This document shows positions 1-10,810 of a stretch of 64,000 nucleotides of DNA, in pieces. The notes beneath the pieces were generated by a model. It did no database searches, was not told the origin of the DNA, and was given only the letters and a program-made list of their open reading frames with translations. Origin of the DNA: Zootoca vivipara (lineage: Eukaryota). Position 1 is the first letter of the stretch. The number at the start of each line of letters is the position of its first letter. The stretch spans positions 42,284,001-42,348,000 of the forward strand of contig NC_083280.1 of assembly GCF_963506605.1 (NCBI RefSeq). Reading direction: 5' to 3'. The position numbers were made by a program, and so were the translations under genes.

Positions 1-1032
1 TATACTTCCCAGTACTGTGAAATCTGGGACAACCTTCCCTACCACCCGAACCATTAACGTACCATAAATGCAACCATCGTGGTGTCATGAAAATTGCATA
101 TAAAGCTCACCGAAGCACATTGCAGTAAAGTTAACATTCCCTATGCTGGCAGAACAGGGTGTCTGCGTGGATGACCTTGGGGCTTAAATGAGGGGATAAG
201 AATGGGCAAGAGAGCCCTTAGAGATCTCCTGGCCTTGCAGGGAAAGGGTTGGAACAACATCCCCTCAGTTGCCCTCTCCCCCCCCCTCCCAAAAAAAAAT
301 GCAGATGGGAAAAACTGGCAGGGGAACAGGTCTATGCATTCATACTGCGCCACAATTACCAGCAGCATGCGCGTGGGAGCAGTTAGCTAGCTGGGATTTG
401 GAGCTAGGCATGTCCTGTTTTTCATGTCTGTAGCCCCTAATCCCACCCCCTACCTCAGCCAGGATCCCATCAACAGGGAAGGGGACTCTCCCATTCCAGC
501 TGAAGAGATCCTAGTGGTAGTTGGGGGGCAAGGAGGAATGGAATTGGGCTCTGAGGCTGCATGTTCTTTGAGCCCAGGACCTTAAGCCTGTGACCCTCCA
601 GGTGTTGGGATACAGATGAATGGCTGTGCTGACTGGGGCTGATGGGGAGTAGAAGTCCAAGGACACCTGGAAGGCCACAGGTTTCCTCGCCTCTGCTTTA
701 AAGTAGGTGGGGCGCTGTCCTGCTTTGGCTTGAAGGATGGTGGGGGGTGGTGAGGTGGGGTGGGTGAACTAACTTGACTCTGGAGGCCTCCTTTCCTCTG
801 AGCTCTGTTTCCCTCCCCACTTCCTTTGCCTGTGGAATTGAGTCACTCTGCTTGTTTCCTAGAATTGGCACTAGATGGAGCTATTGCTTCACTTTCCTGT
901 TCAAGGAGCAGCCGTTTAGTTCCCAAAATTGTGGAGAAACTGGAGTCCTTGAGACACTTCACCCAAGAATGCTCTACGTCCGGTCAGACAGTTCCCAGTT
1001 CCGTGACAACGGCATGCTAATCTTTTCCCCAG

Positions 1033-1200
1033 ATGGCTGAGGATTCGCTGCAGTTTCTGGCGCCTCCGGCGTCGGAGGGTACCAATCCGCGGAGAATTTT
1101 CCTAGACGCCAACTTGAAGGAAGGCTACTGCCCCATGATGCCCCACATGATGTACTGCCTGCCTCTCTGGCCAGGAATCTCGCTGGTGCTCCTCACTAAG
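1033..1200 (+). CDS. HPS1: HPS1 exon (human exon 12 equivalent)
   Basis: ttttccccAG|ATGGCT..ACTAAG|GTgagc; MAEDSLQ..LVLLTK. Confidence 0.95.
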
Positions 1201-2010
1201 GTGAGCCAGCTCTCCTGAGCAGCGTTTATGATGCCCAGCCTGCCAGGATCTCACTGAATGTCCCCTCTGACTTGCAGAGCCCCAGTTCCCACGTGGCACA
1301 TTCCATCTACCAGCTGCTGGATGGATTTATGGTGCTGGAGAAGAAGCTGAAAGACGGGCAGGAGATCAAGCCTCAGCTGCGCTCTCAGCCGGTTCTTGTG
1401 GAACTCCGGCATCGGATGGACAACTTTGTCAGGAGGTTGGGTGGGCAAGAGCCACAGGTGAGGTTTGGCTGATTTACACAGGAGCTGCCCAGGCACAAGG
1501 GTGCTGGAGTGAGCACCCTTTCTGAGAACACACTGCTAAGAGAGCCAGTGTGGTGTAGTGGTTAAGAGCGGTAGACTTAATCTGGTGAACCAGGTTCGTG
1601 TCTCCGCTCCTCCACATGCAGCTGCTGGTTGACCTTGGGCTAGTTGCACTTCTTTGAAGTCTCTCAGCCCCACTCACCTCACAGAGTGTTTGTTGTGGGG
1701 GAGGAAGGGAAAAGGAGATTGTTAGCCACTTTGAGACTCCTTTGGGAAGGGATAAAGCGGGATATCAAATCCAAACTCCTCCTCCGCCTCTTCTTCTTCT
1801 TCTTCTTCTTCTTCTTCTTCTTCTTCTTCTTCTTCTTCTTCTTCTTCTTCTTCTTCTTCGTGATGTAGTGTCTAGTGGGGCAGAGCTGGGCAGGCATGAA
1901 CAGGCCTGAGCTATGGGTGAGCTCCCATTTACAGGGGTAGGAAGGGCAATAGAACCGCTGGGTAAGAGCAGACCCTGCAAAGAGATGAAATGATGCTGGA
2001 CTTAGGAGCA

Positions 2011-2084
<74 letters not shown>

Positions 2085-5000
2085 GCAGAATACCTGGCTG
2101 GAATTCAAGAACAGAGCTTTCTCTCGGAACGAGACTGGGAGTTCCTGCGAGTGAGTTACTACTGGTTGGGCTGGGCTGGAGTGGGGGAGATTAGAAAACA
2201 GAGTTGGGATAAGAATTTGGGGGTAGCATCCTGGGGGCTGCTGAAGCTTAGGAAATCGGGTACCCTTCCCCAGCCATGCACTGGCGTAGCGATGCCCAAT
2301 GACCAGGGAGAGCTAGGTTTAGAGTCCCCACACAGCTGCAATCTCACTGGGTGGCCTTGGCCTAATCTGAGAATAAAATTGAAAGGTGATGGTTCAGCCA
2401 TGACGAAAGGCAGGATGCAAATGTAGTAGTGATGAACAGAATGAATGGAGGTCTATGAAGCTTAAGGGCCCTTTGTCCTGTGAGTTTTGTGGTCCTGGGA
2501 CAAGGAAGCAGCTGGCTGGACCTGTTGTGAGGAAAGGAGAATGTTCCTGGTATTGCTGGATCTGAGCAGGGAACAGACTCCTTTGCTGTCAAATTTTGAT
2601 TTGTGGTGTGTGTGTGTGTGTGCGTGCGCCGCAGCAATTCTCTTTCAACAGCTATGAGACATGGTTGCAGACAAATCTGGAAGAGCAAAAAATATGAGGT
2701 AAAACTGGGAACCAATTTACAGAACTAGCCCATTGTATAGCCCTCCTGGGACAGTACCACGTACGAATGTGTGTTTGAAAGCTCCCCTGTGTGTACACAA
2801 TCAAACAAAGCTTCCTCTGCACATAGCGAAGAGCACATGAGGGAGAAGGCTTGGCTTCAAACCCTCCTCCTCCTTCCAGACATGCAGTAGACAACCATGT
2901 GCTGAGTTTGAACTTTGGCAGGGGCCAAAGGAGGCCTGGCTGGTAGCTGACGGGGGAAGATTTGGCGTGCATTTGGGAAAGGGGCTTGAGGGACAGGGGA
3001 AGAGAAAAAGATTCCGATTGAATAGAGTGGGGGAGAAAAGGACCAGTCTGGTCTTTTCACCTATTGATTTGTACTTGGGACACTAATGGAGTTACCAGTT
3101 GAATGGATTTAACAGTTCTTGCAGCTTGGGGACAATGTTAACAATACCAAGTTAACCTCTATAAGTTAACCAAGATGATGTATTGACAGAGACTGTGTAC
3201 AAATGAAACACGGTTTGAACTCTGGGGCCATTCCTACTGCTTTCTGCTTAAAATAATCCATTTTCTCTGCGACTGCTGCAGATATTCCCTTTAGACAGGT
3301 GTTTTGTGGCGGGTGTGTCCTGCAACATGTTCTTGACAGTAGTCTTAGTGTACTAGTGGTGAGTTTGTTCTCCAATGCTTCCCTAATGCTACAACGTTAT
3401 TGCTGTCCAGAGCAGCTGTAGCACAACAAGGGGGGGGGGGGTAACCGAACTCCAGAACATCTGTGGTATGAAATGTTGCAGGATTTCAGCAAGAATCTGT
3501 GGAATCTGCGCTGATTGGAAATGAAGCTATGTGACACACACACACCAATAGCACCATGTGCACAAATAATCATGAACGCACAAAAAAAGGGACATTGGGG
3601 AGGGATCCTGAATGCCCTTCGTAGGTGACAAAATTCAGATAATGCTTCTGGCTTGCCTGGATGGGGGACAGAGGTGGGCGTGAAAACTAGTGTTTCTGTA
3701 CAGAGGTAAATTTTGCATTTGTTGCTCTGACCTCTTTTGCCTCTGGCCCCACCGTCGCTCCTGCCATGTGGCCCCTGGGAAGTTGCCCAGAAGGGAATGT
3801 GGCCCTCAATCTGAAACAAGTCCCACCGCTGCTTCATCGGCACACTGATCTCTCTTTGGCGCAGGCTTCTGCAGGCCTTCTGCCGCATCCGGAGGCAGCT
3901 GTGTGCCGTGTATCGGCAGCTCTTTCTCGGATCCTCTGGGACGCAGGGCCTGCCGCAGAACTTGCTGGACCAGGTGCAGCAGCTGACGCGGTGAGTGGGA
4001 TGGAGCGCAATGGCAAAACCACACGGGAAAGGGTGGCGGTGGCAGATTTCAACTTGTACCCATTTGAGAGTTTGCACCTCATGCTGGATATCCCGTAAGG
4101 CAGTGTTGGTCAGTTGTTGGTGGACTACAGCTCCCATCATCCTTGGCCAGCTTAGCCATGGATGGTGGGAGTTGTAGTCCAAGAACATTTGGGGACCCAA
4201 CATTGAGGAACGCTGCCGGAAGGTCACCCTGAAGTTCCCTTGTGCACAGCTCTCTTCCCCTCTTATATCTGTTCAGTGCTGTCCAGGAGAAGCTGGTACA
4301 CCCCAGTCACGCTCCACTCCTTGTGGCGGCTGCTGAGAGGCTTCTCGGACCCTCCACCTGAATGCCCATCTCTTCCTACCCCTATGCACTTTCAGGGCTA
4401 GTGCCTGCTTCTCCCCATATAGTGGCCAACAAAGGAAGGAACACTGGGGAATTGAAAGGCTTGCTGTCTTTTCCCCCCCAAGGTGGGGCTGGAAACTCCG
4501 GCTCCGAAACCAAGCACCACTTGCTGCGAGGGCAGGAAGGCAATATGTGCACCGAGCTCTTGGCCCTTGTAGCTTATTCCTGCTTCCTTTTTGTTGGCAG
4601 GGACAAGCTGCAAGACTGGAGAGATTTCCTGCTGGTGAAGAGCAAGCGCAATGTTACCATAGTGTCATATCCTTCCATGCTTTTCCCCGGTCCCATTCAC
4701 TTCTTTTCTCCCAGAGGACTTTTGAGCATCCCCAACCAATACCAGGAGGTGTTGCTTAGCTGGTAGAGCCTGAGACGCTTAATCTCAGGGTCATAGGTTT
4801 GAGCAGCACCAAAAAAATTTTTTGTAGGGGGTTGGACTAGATGACCCCTCCACGATCCCATCCGATTCTAGGATTCTGTTTCTTGGTCACAGAGCTGGAG
4901 TGGGTGAATGTTGAGGTTAGTTCTCTTTCATGGGTTCTACAGGTGCTGGGAACAGGCTGGCAAAAGTTCTCAGGTTGTACCAGGAAAGTACACTGTCCTT

Positions 5001-6888
5001 GGACAAACGTTAAGATCTGGGGGAAGGAGGGACGTTGATAGATTTCCATCACTCACTTGAGTCAAGAACCCCATCCCTGCATTATCCAAGTTCCTTGGGA
5101 GGTTTTTGTGGGGAGGATCCTAGTGGGGCAGGCACCCAAGTTGCGAGGGGGCAGCTGCTTTCTCCCCAGCCACAGGCCCTTAACTGGCTGCCATCCACAT
5201 ATCTGGAGGACTTCCCAGGGCTGGTGCACTTCATCCACGTGGACCGCACAGTGGGGCAGATGGTGGCTCCATCCCTTGGTGCCGCAGAGGACTCTGCTTC
5301 AGAGCTAGGCAAGGGGCCTTTGCCTGCCTTCATCAAGCAGAAGGTAAGTGCTCCCTAGCCTATGCAAGAGCCCCAGCTGCTGCTTCTTTCTTGCCTGCAA
5401 AGTTTTCGCTGCAGCGAGAGACAGGCGGTCTCCCAGTAACGTGAGCATGTGATGGGAGTTGGAGGAGAGACCAAGAATCTTGGAGTGGTGATTCAGGGCT
5501 CAGAAAGGGAGGTCTTGGGCTGCTGGGTGCGTGTTTCTCTTTGTCTTCCCTGTCTCTTCCTCTCCAGGTGTGGTCCTTGGTGGCGCTAGCGAGAAGCTAC
5601 TTGCAGAAGGGCTATACCACGGTGACAGTCCGGGACGGAGACTACTATTGCACCTACTTTCTTTGGTTTGAGAATGAGATGGTAGGTGCAGAAGCTTTGG
5701 GGGAGAGGGTGGGCGGGCTTGAAATGCAGAGATCTCCTGCAACTTCCTAAGCGCTTACTCTGGATGTAAGAATCCCATCATCAAATGGTCATTCAACTGC
5801 AGTCAGTCATCTTAACTTGTTCAGAGTTGACTTGAGGCTACAAATGATGCTTTCAGGAGGAAGGATAGGATATTGACATGGTGCATAAACAGTGTCCTCT
5901 GCTACGGTGTGGATAGTATGGGCTGGAGACATTTGCCTCTACATAGCCTAAGAAAGCCTGCAGTGGTCCCTAAGCCACTGTCCTGTCCCGTCCCTGACCT
6001 CTCCTTTCTGCCGCCACGCCCCTGCAGGGTTACAGGCTGGAGGTTACGGAAGTGCCGGTGCTTTCGGATGATTCGGCCCCCATTGGGACATTGGCCGGCG
6101 ACTATTACAGGTGAGCAAGGATTCCAGTGCCCCAGATACTATTGGTTATATGAGGGGCTTGGGGGGAGAGATCCAGCCAGAAGATCCAGGTTGGCTGGAG
6201 GAGAAGGGCAATCCTTTTACAGCTTGACCATTACCCAGCCTCTTCCTCATCCTGGCACCTGTACACAGTTCTACAGAGTGCTGCCTACAACCTCATGGGA
6301 ATTTCTATAGCCTATAGTATAGTACAGTATATTTTTATGAACCGTCTTATTTCTGTGTCTGTAAGTTGTTTTTAATTGTTTTTAATGTTCTAACTTGCCC
6401 TGGGACGGGATAGAGTGGGTAATATTATTTATCATCATCATCCCATGTTTTGGGATTTCCAAACTGGCAGTGGAAAACCTGTGACTCTTCAGATGATGTT
6501 GGCACTACAAATCCCATCATCCCTTGACCAGGGAGGAGGAACACAAGCCTTCAACTTGCCTTGGATTACATGGGTGGGCTTTAGCCATTTCCCCCTCTCT
6601 AGTTTAGTGGTCTCTAGTTTAGTGGTGCATCCTCTGCTGACTGGGCTAGGAAAGCTTTTGGAATCCTCCTTGTCCCAGCAGCCCTGCCTCTTCCCCATTT
6701 CCTGACCACCGTCTCACCCCTTCAGGAAGCTGCTCCGTTACTGCAGCAGGACCCATGCGAACGAAGTGGTGAAGTGCTATGAACTCCTCACCATCCACCT
6801 GGGCGTTGTGCCAACTGAGTTTGTGATCCAGCAGGCGTGTGACTTGGCCCGGCGACTTTGGGAGCCAACCCGCATCCCCTTGCTCTAG
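1033..6888 (+). CDS. HPS1: HPS1 (BLOC-3 subunit), 3' part of gene, ~370 aa; exons 1033-1200, 1278-1457, 2083(or 2089)-2150, 3865-3990, 4601-4666, 5199-5343, 5568-5681, 6028-6110, 6726-6888
   Basis: Spliced translation ([86 protein letters not shown]) matches the recalled human HPS1 C-terminal half; phases consistent; synteny with PYROXD2 and LOXL4. The 5' exons lie outside the window. Confidence 0.97.
1278..1457 (+). CDS. HPS1: HPS1 exon (exon 13 equivalent)
   Basis: ttgcAG|AGCCCC..CCACAG|GTgagg; SPSSHV..GGQEPQ. Confidence 0.95.
1540..1859 (+). mobile_element. Squam3-type tRNA-derived SINE with (TTC)n tail
   Basis: tRNA-like head (GTGGTGTAGTGGTT..GGTTCG), MIR/CORE-like body (TGACCTTGGGC..CTCAGCCCCACTCACCTCACAG), (TTC)n tail ~1790-1859. 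Confidence 0.85.
2013..2080 (+). repeat. (TC)34 microsatellite serving as polypyrimidine tract
   Basis: Perfect dinucleotide run directly before the acceptor AG at 2081-2082. Confidence 0.97.
2083..2150 (+). CDS. HPS1: HPS1 exon (exon 14 equivalent; alternative in-frame start at 2089)
   Basis: (TC)n AG|TTGCAG|AATACCTGG..TGCGA|GTgagt; (LQ)[20 protein letters not shown]. Confidence 0.9.
3865..3990 (+). CDS. HPS1: HPS1 exon (exon 15 equivalent)
   Basis: gcgcAG|GCTTCTG..ACGCG|GTgagt; [24 protein letters not shown]. Confidence 0.93.
4101..4215. mobile_element. Palindromic hAT MITE (older copy)
   Basis: CAG..CTG termini, internal inverted repeat GGACTACAGCTCCCA/TGGGAGTTGTAGTCC, near-perfect 8-bp TSD CCGTAAGG/CCGGAAGG. 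Confidence 0.75.
4601..4666 (+). CDS. HPS1: HPS1 exon (exon 16 equivalent), ends at a U12 AT donor
   Basis: ggcAG|GGACAAG..GTGTC|ATATCCTT; [21 protein letters not shown]. Confidence 0.93.
4667..5198 (+). other. HPS1: U12-type (minor spliceosome) AT-AC intron of HPS1
   Basis: 5' site ATATCCTT at 4667, branch site CCCTTAAC 5177-5184, 3' end CCAC at 5198; joining gives the conserved ..IVS-YLEDFPG; same position as the known human HPS1 intron 16 AT-AC intron. Confidence 0.95.
4752..4877 (+). mobile_element. tRNA-Lys/CR1-tail SINE, degenerate, inside the U12 intron
   Basis: TGGTAGAGCC..CTTAATCTCAGGGTC head and GGGGTTGGACTAGATGACC..ATTCT tail. Confidence 0.8.
5199..5343 (+). CDS. HPS1: HPS1 exon (exon 17 equivalent)
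   Basis: ccAC|ATATCTG..CAGAAG|GTaagt; [31 protein letters not shown]. Confidence 0.95.
5568..5681 (+). CDS. HPS1: HPS1 exon (exon 18 equivalent)
   Basis: ctccAG|GTGTGG..GAGATG|GTaggt; [22 protein letters not shown]. Confidence 0.95.
6028..6110 (+). CDS. HPS1: HPS1 exon (exon 19 equivalent)
   Basis: ctgcAG|GGTTAC..TACAG|GTgagc; [27 protein letters not shown]. Confidence 0.95.
6726..6888 (+). CDS. HPS1: HPS1 last coding exon
   Basis: ttcAG|GAAGCTG..CTC TAG; [12 protein letters not shown]. Confidence 0.95.
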
Positions 6889-7872
6889 GGGTTTCATTAG
6901 TGGGGACTCTACTTTCTGGACTCTTCCGTGTGCGAGCCTCAGATCTCTAACATCTCTGCTTCTTTTGGGTTCTGTTCTGCCCGCCTGCCGTGCAGAATCC
7001 AACATCCTTGTCTCAAAGAAATGGTGGCTTTCCTCAGGGCACTGAAACTAATGGGAGCAAATTGCTTTCAAGGCAATGCTAGAGACATGTGGCACACTGA
7101 CACTGTGTGAAGTTTGACTCAAGGAGCTCCCATCTTCTCCTTGCACATGCAAGGATCTCTATCTGTGAGAGAGGTGCGTAAGCCAGAAAGGATGGTCAAC
7201 CTGTAGCATGAGATGCCCACAACCAATTTCCCCCTGAAGCAGCTAGGAATAATCGGGAGCAAAGCTTTTCTTGAGACTGTCACTTGTGAAAGGGTTTTTG
7301 AGAATGGACTCTCAAACCTGGTGCCTGGTACGTCATCAAACTTGCTCCGCTGTTGGAAGTTTGTTTTTGTTGCAATTGGGGAATCTTATCTTCCCATGGC
7401 GGAGAAGGAAAAGTGCGAGGAGAGCCAACTGCATTTAACCCCTCCCCATATTAAAAGTGACAGGTTTCAGCTGAACAATTCTGTAGGCTTGAGTGCCTTC
7501 AGAAATGTGTGGTTTAACAGAAAAGATGGAGAGTTACCAGCAATTTAAACCCTGCACTTGTACTTCTGAGATTGAAGTTGGTTTGGAGGATCTGAGATGT
7601 TTTCCCACAGCACAGATAAATGCAAAGTGCCTCTTTCAAGGAAGCAGTCCCTGGAAAGAGGGAGATGAATAAACACAAATAAACCTTTAACTGAAAGCAT
7701 CTTCCATACCAAAAAAAACATTGACTGTCTGCAGTGCAGGGTTATAGGATAGAAATATCTCTTGCAATTGGTGTGCAAGTTGGCTACAAACTCTAGTAGC
7801 ATTTTTAAATGTATGTTTAGGAAACTGGAGTAAGCTAAACATTTTGTAAATGAACAGTATTGGCTGTCTTAA

Positions 7873-7878
7873 AATAAA
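7873..7878 (+). terminator. Candidate HPS1 polyadenylation signal (alternatives at 7668 and 7678)
   Basis: AATAAA followed by T/GT-rich sequence about 1 kb after the stop. Confidence 0.45.
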
Positions 7879-9719
7879 TGTTACCCCCTAGGTCAATATT
7901 TCTCTCTTTTGTGATATTCATGTCCCAGATACAATACAAATTCACTGGCAAAAAGGAGAGCTTTTATGTCTGTGAAGATTTATGATTTCTTATAAAATGT
8001 TGCAAAGGAGAATAATGGGGTGGGGTATGAAAATACCCAATACTGTATAATCTACATTACAAAGCTTTATGAAAGAATGTGTCCTTATTGCAGTGCTTTC
8101 TGCATAGTGACCCAGGCTTATGAATAACTTCAGAACAAGCTCCGCTGTTAGGAAACAAAGAAACAGGAGGTTGGACTAGGTCAGGGAAGGGGAACTTGCT
8201 GCTCTCCAAACATTTTTGGGCTCTATCAGATTCGGCCAACTGCCAGAGATGGTGGACAGTCGTAGCCCAGCAATTTCTGGGGGGCCACAGATACCCCTTC
8301 ACTAGATTGGGGTTGTTGATCAGTTGCCATAAAGCTGTTGTTTGATACAGTATTTATACTGCTGAACTCCCAGCTGAGGTTGCCACCTTTTCCTCTAAGC
8401 AAGCTCCGTATTCTTAACAGCTAAATGATGGACAGATTTTCCAAATGGAATAGCTTTGCCTAGTGTGGAGATGATAATAAAAGGGAGAGGGAGGGTTGTG
8501 CTTGCTGAATTTCTGCTTGCTGTGCAACTGTTTATTCATTTTATCTACTATTTATATCCTCCTCCTCTTGAGGATAGCTTTCAGCGGAATAAAGCATTTG
8601 TCAGGAAAAGGTTGGCGGCTGTTCTTCCAAGGATGATGGGCATAGAGCAACGAGAACCTAGGCGTCAGACTTTTATTAAAGGTTCTATATATACTAATAC
8701 TGGACTCCTTATCCGAGTGTGGGTGTTTGTTTAGCAAAAAAGATACCACCCATGTGCCAGGAGGCTCTGAGAAACTCCAAGCATTGAATGAAATACTAAG
8801 AAGTCTTTAGAAACAAAAACTGTTAAAGCGAGCAGGCGAGACGAAGAACAGCCTAATAAGAACTGAGCATTCTCGGTGACCGTACAGTGCTGCTATTTTG
8901 TCACAAGGTGGGGGTTAAAAGTGTAAAGTGGGAAAGAGGGAAGGCAGAATGGTGTATCATGGAAGGGAGGCAATGGCTGGCTGCTTGGAACCCTGAATCA
9001 GGCACAATGTTTTGCTGCAGGTCCCACTTGTGAAATAATCTAAAGTATGCTTCCATTTCTTCAAAGATTGGTTTTCTAGGCTGAAAAGAGTGACAAACAG
9101 TATAAAGCTGTGTCTTTCTACATTGCCATTTCCTTCTTCAGTTAGAAACCAATCTGTTTTTTTTTTAAAATTAAGTCACATGGTCACATTCTCATTAAAA
9201 TGCTAAGCAGAAATATTATTTAATCTCTGAGAGATCCCTATTTGCAAAGGGATGGTTTGGTACCAAAAACATTGTATAAGATAGTGGATATATCAGCCTA
9301 GTGTGGTATATAATTATACCAATAGATATCAGAGGTTAATTATTTCTTTAAACGCTTGACTGGAAGCCCTTCTCATCTCAGCTGCCTGCCTGCGTTGGCA
9401 TTCAGTAAGGGGGAAATACTCTCTGCAGTGCTCTGAGCACAGTTCTTTGATTTGGTTTAAAGTCCTGCGTCACTTTTCCAATATCATACTTGAGCTCCAA
9501 AGTGCACCATAACATTTTAAAAGTAAAATATGTCAATCTATATCCACATTGGCATAATATCCAAACACAATAGATGAAAACTGCAAAACAATAAACAGTT
9601 CAATACACAATATAGTTCCATATGTTTCAGTTCCTCTGGGTGCTTTTATTTAGAAGGTGGAGTATAAAATAATTCAAAACTAATGTATCAGAAAAAATAC
9701 ATTTATATTATTTGTATTA

Positions 9720-9860
9720 CATTTATATCTCGCTTTTTCTACAAGGTGGACAAAGTGGTATGCAGGATTTTCCTCCATTTTATCCTCAAGACAAGGGCAC
9801 CCAGCAAGCTACATGGCTGAATAGGGATTTGTACCTTAGTCTCCCAGGTCCTAGCCCAAC
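9720..9860 (-). mobile_element. Squam3/MIR-like SINE remnant
   Basis: Reverse-complement similarity to the Squam3-type copies at 1540 and 11130. Confidence 0.55.
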
Positions 9861-10079
9861 ACACCAATAAGTAAGCCTGACTGATGACAGTGGTTTACAG
9901 CTGCGTAAACATGCATAGAATTTCACTGCCTGCTGCTCCCTACTGGAAATACAGTAAGAAATCTAACAACACAAAACACTCTGGCCAAGCTAAGGAAGCC
10001 CTGATGTCCTCTTTGTAGGTGGATTTAACGCACATCTTTTTTAACCGAGGGTCCTTTTGAGTCGCCTCTTGCAGCCCCC

Positions 10080-10810
10080 ACCTAGATTTGCTTCCTCGGT
10101 GAGCGCCAGGTTAGCCTTCCACATGCTTCAAGCTGATCATTGACGCTGACAAGTTCTAAGGCTGACTCTTGATCAAGACAAATAGGCAGCTCGCCTGGTG
10201 CCGCATTAGCGAGGCTTTGCTTGTCTCGTCCCCGACTGAGGAGCTGCTTTGCGTGTTCACGTCGCAGCTCGGGCCCTCTAGTACTCCCCACAACTCTTTC
10301 CATATGTCTTTTTGGCCAAATAAGGGGCCCCTTCGTGCATCGGATGAAGGCAGCTGCAACTTGCAACCCAGGAAAGCAGATGTGTTCCCCAATAAACTTA
10401 ACCCGTACCTTCTCTTCGCTCCTTCCTCACTTTCCCTGCGGACCTTTGCATTTGGGGCGGTTCACTCGCCCGCTCCGTCTGCCCTCCCGCTTCCTCTCGG
10501 CCCCTCCTTCCTTGCAAGCTCCCCGCCCCACGCCCCTTCTCCCTGGGACTGGGCTGGAAGCGCGAGGCGAATAGCAAAGTCCTTCCAGGCGTCATGATGG
10601 CCGCGAGGCCCCGTCGGTGGCTGCGCGCCGCTGCTGCTGCTCTCCTGAGGATCCCGGGGGGCAGCAGAGGGTGCCACGTCGGGGCTGCAGGCTCCCTGAA
10701 GCGGGAGTACGACGCCGTCGTGATAGGGGCAGGTGGGTGGCTCAGGCAGAAAAAGCAAGGGCCCGGCGTCCAGGCGGGAAACATAAAAGTGGGGGGTCAC
10801 CCCGAGCAAG
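10080..10810 (+). promoter_or_regulatory. CpG-island TATA-less promoter of PYROXD2
   Basis: High CpG density; GC boxes GGGGCGG ~10454 and CCCCGCCCC ~10521; directly upstream of ATG 10594. Confidence 0.75.
10594..10732 (+). CDS. PYROXD2: PYROXD2 exon 1 (coding part)
   Basis: gtcATGATGG..GGGGCAG|GTgggt. Confidence 0.92.

Noticed and set aside
866-883. CTCF-like GGCACTAGATGGAGCTA
   Set aside because: Two core mismatches; too weak without binding data.
826-1020. Possible extra HPS1 exon after ttgtttcctAG (862)
   Set aside because: No recognisable HPS1 similarity and no convincing donor; cannot be supported without RNA data.
1033-1035. ATG as the start codon of a small gene
   Set aside because: It directly follows a branch point, pyrimidine tract and AG; it is an internal HPS1 Met.
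1644-2011. Poly-F, poly-K and poly-R ORFs
   Set aside because: Translations of the (TTC)n SINE tail.
3397-4227. 276-aa minus-strand ORF, the longest in the track
   Set aside because: Runs through MITE fragments and antisense to an HPS1 exon; no domain-like content.
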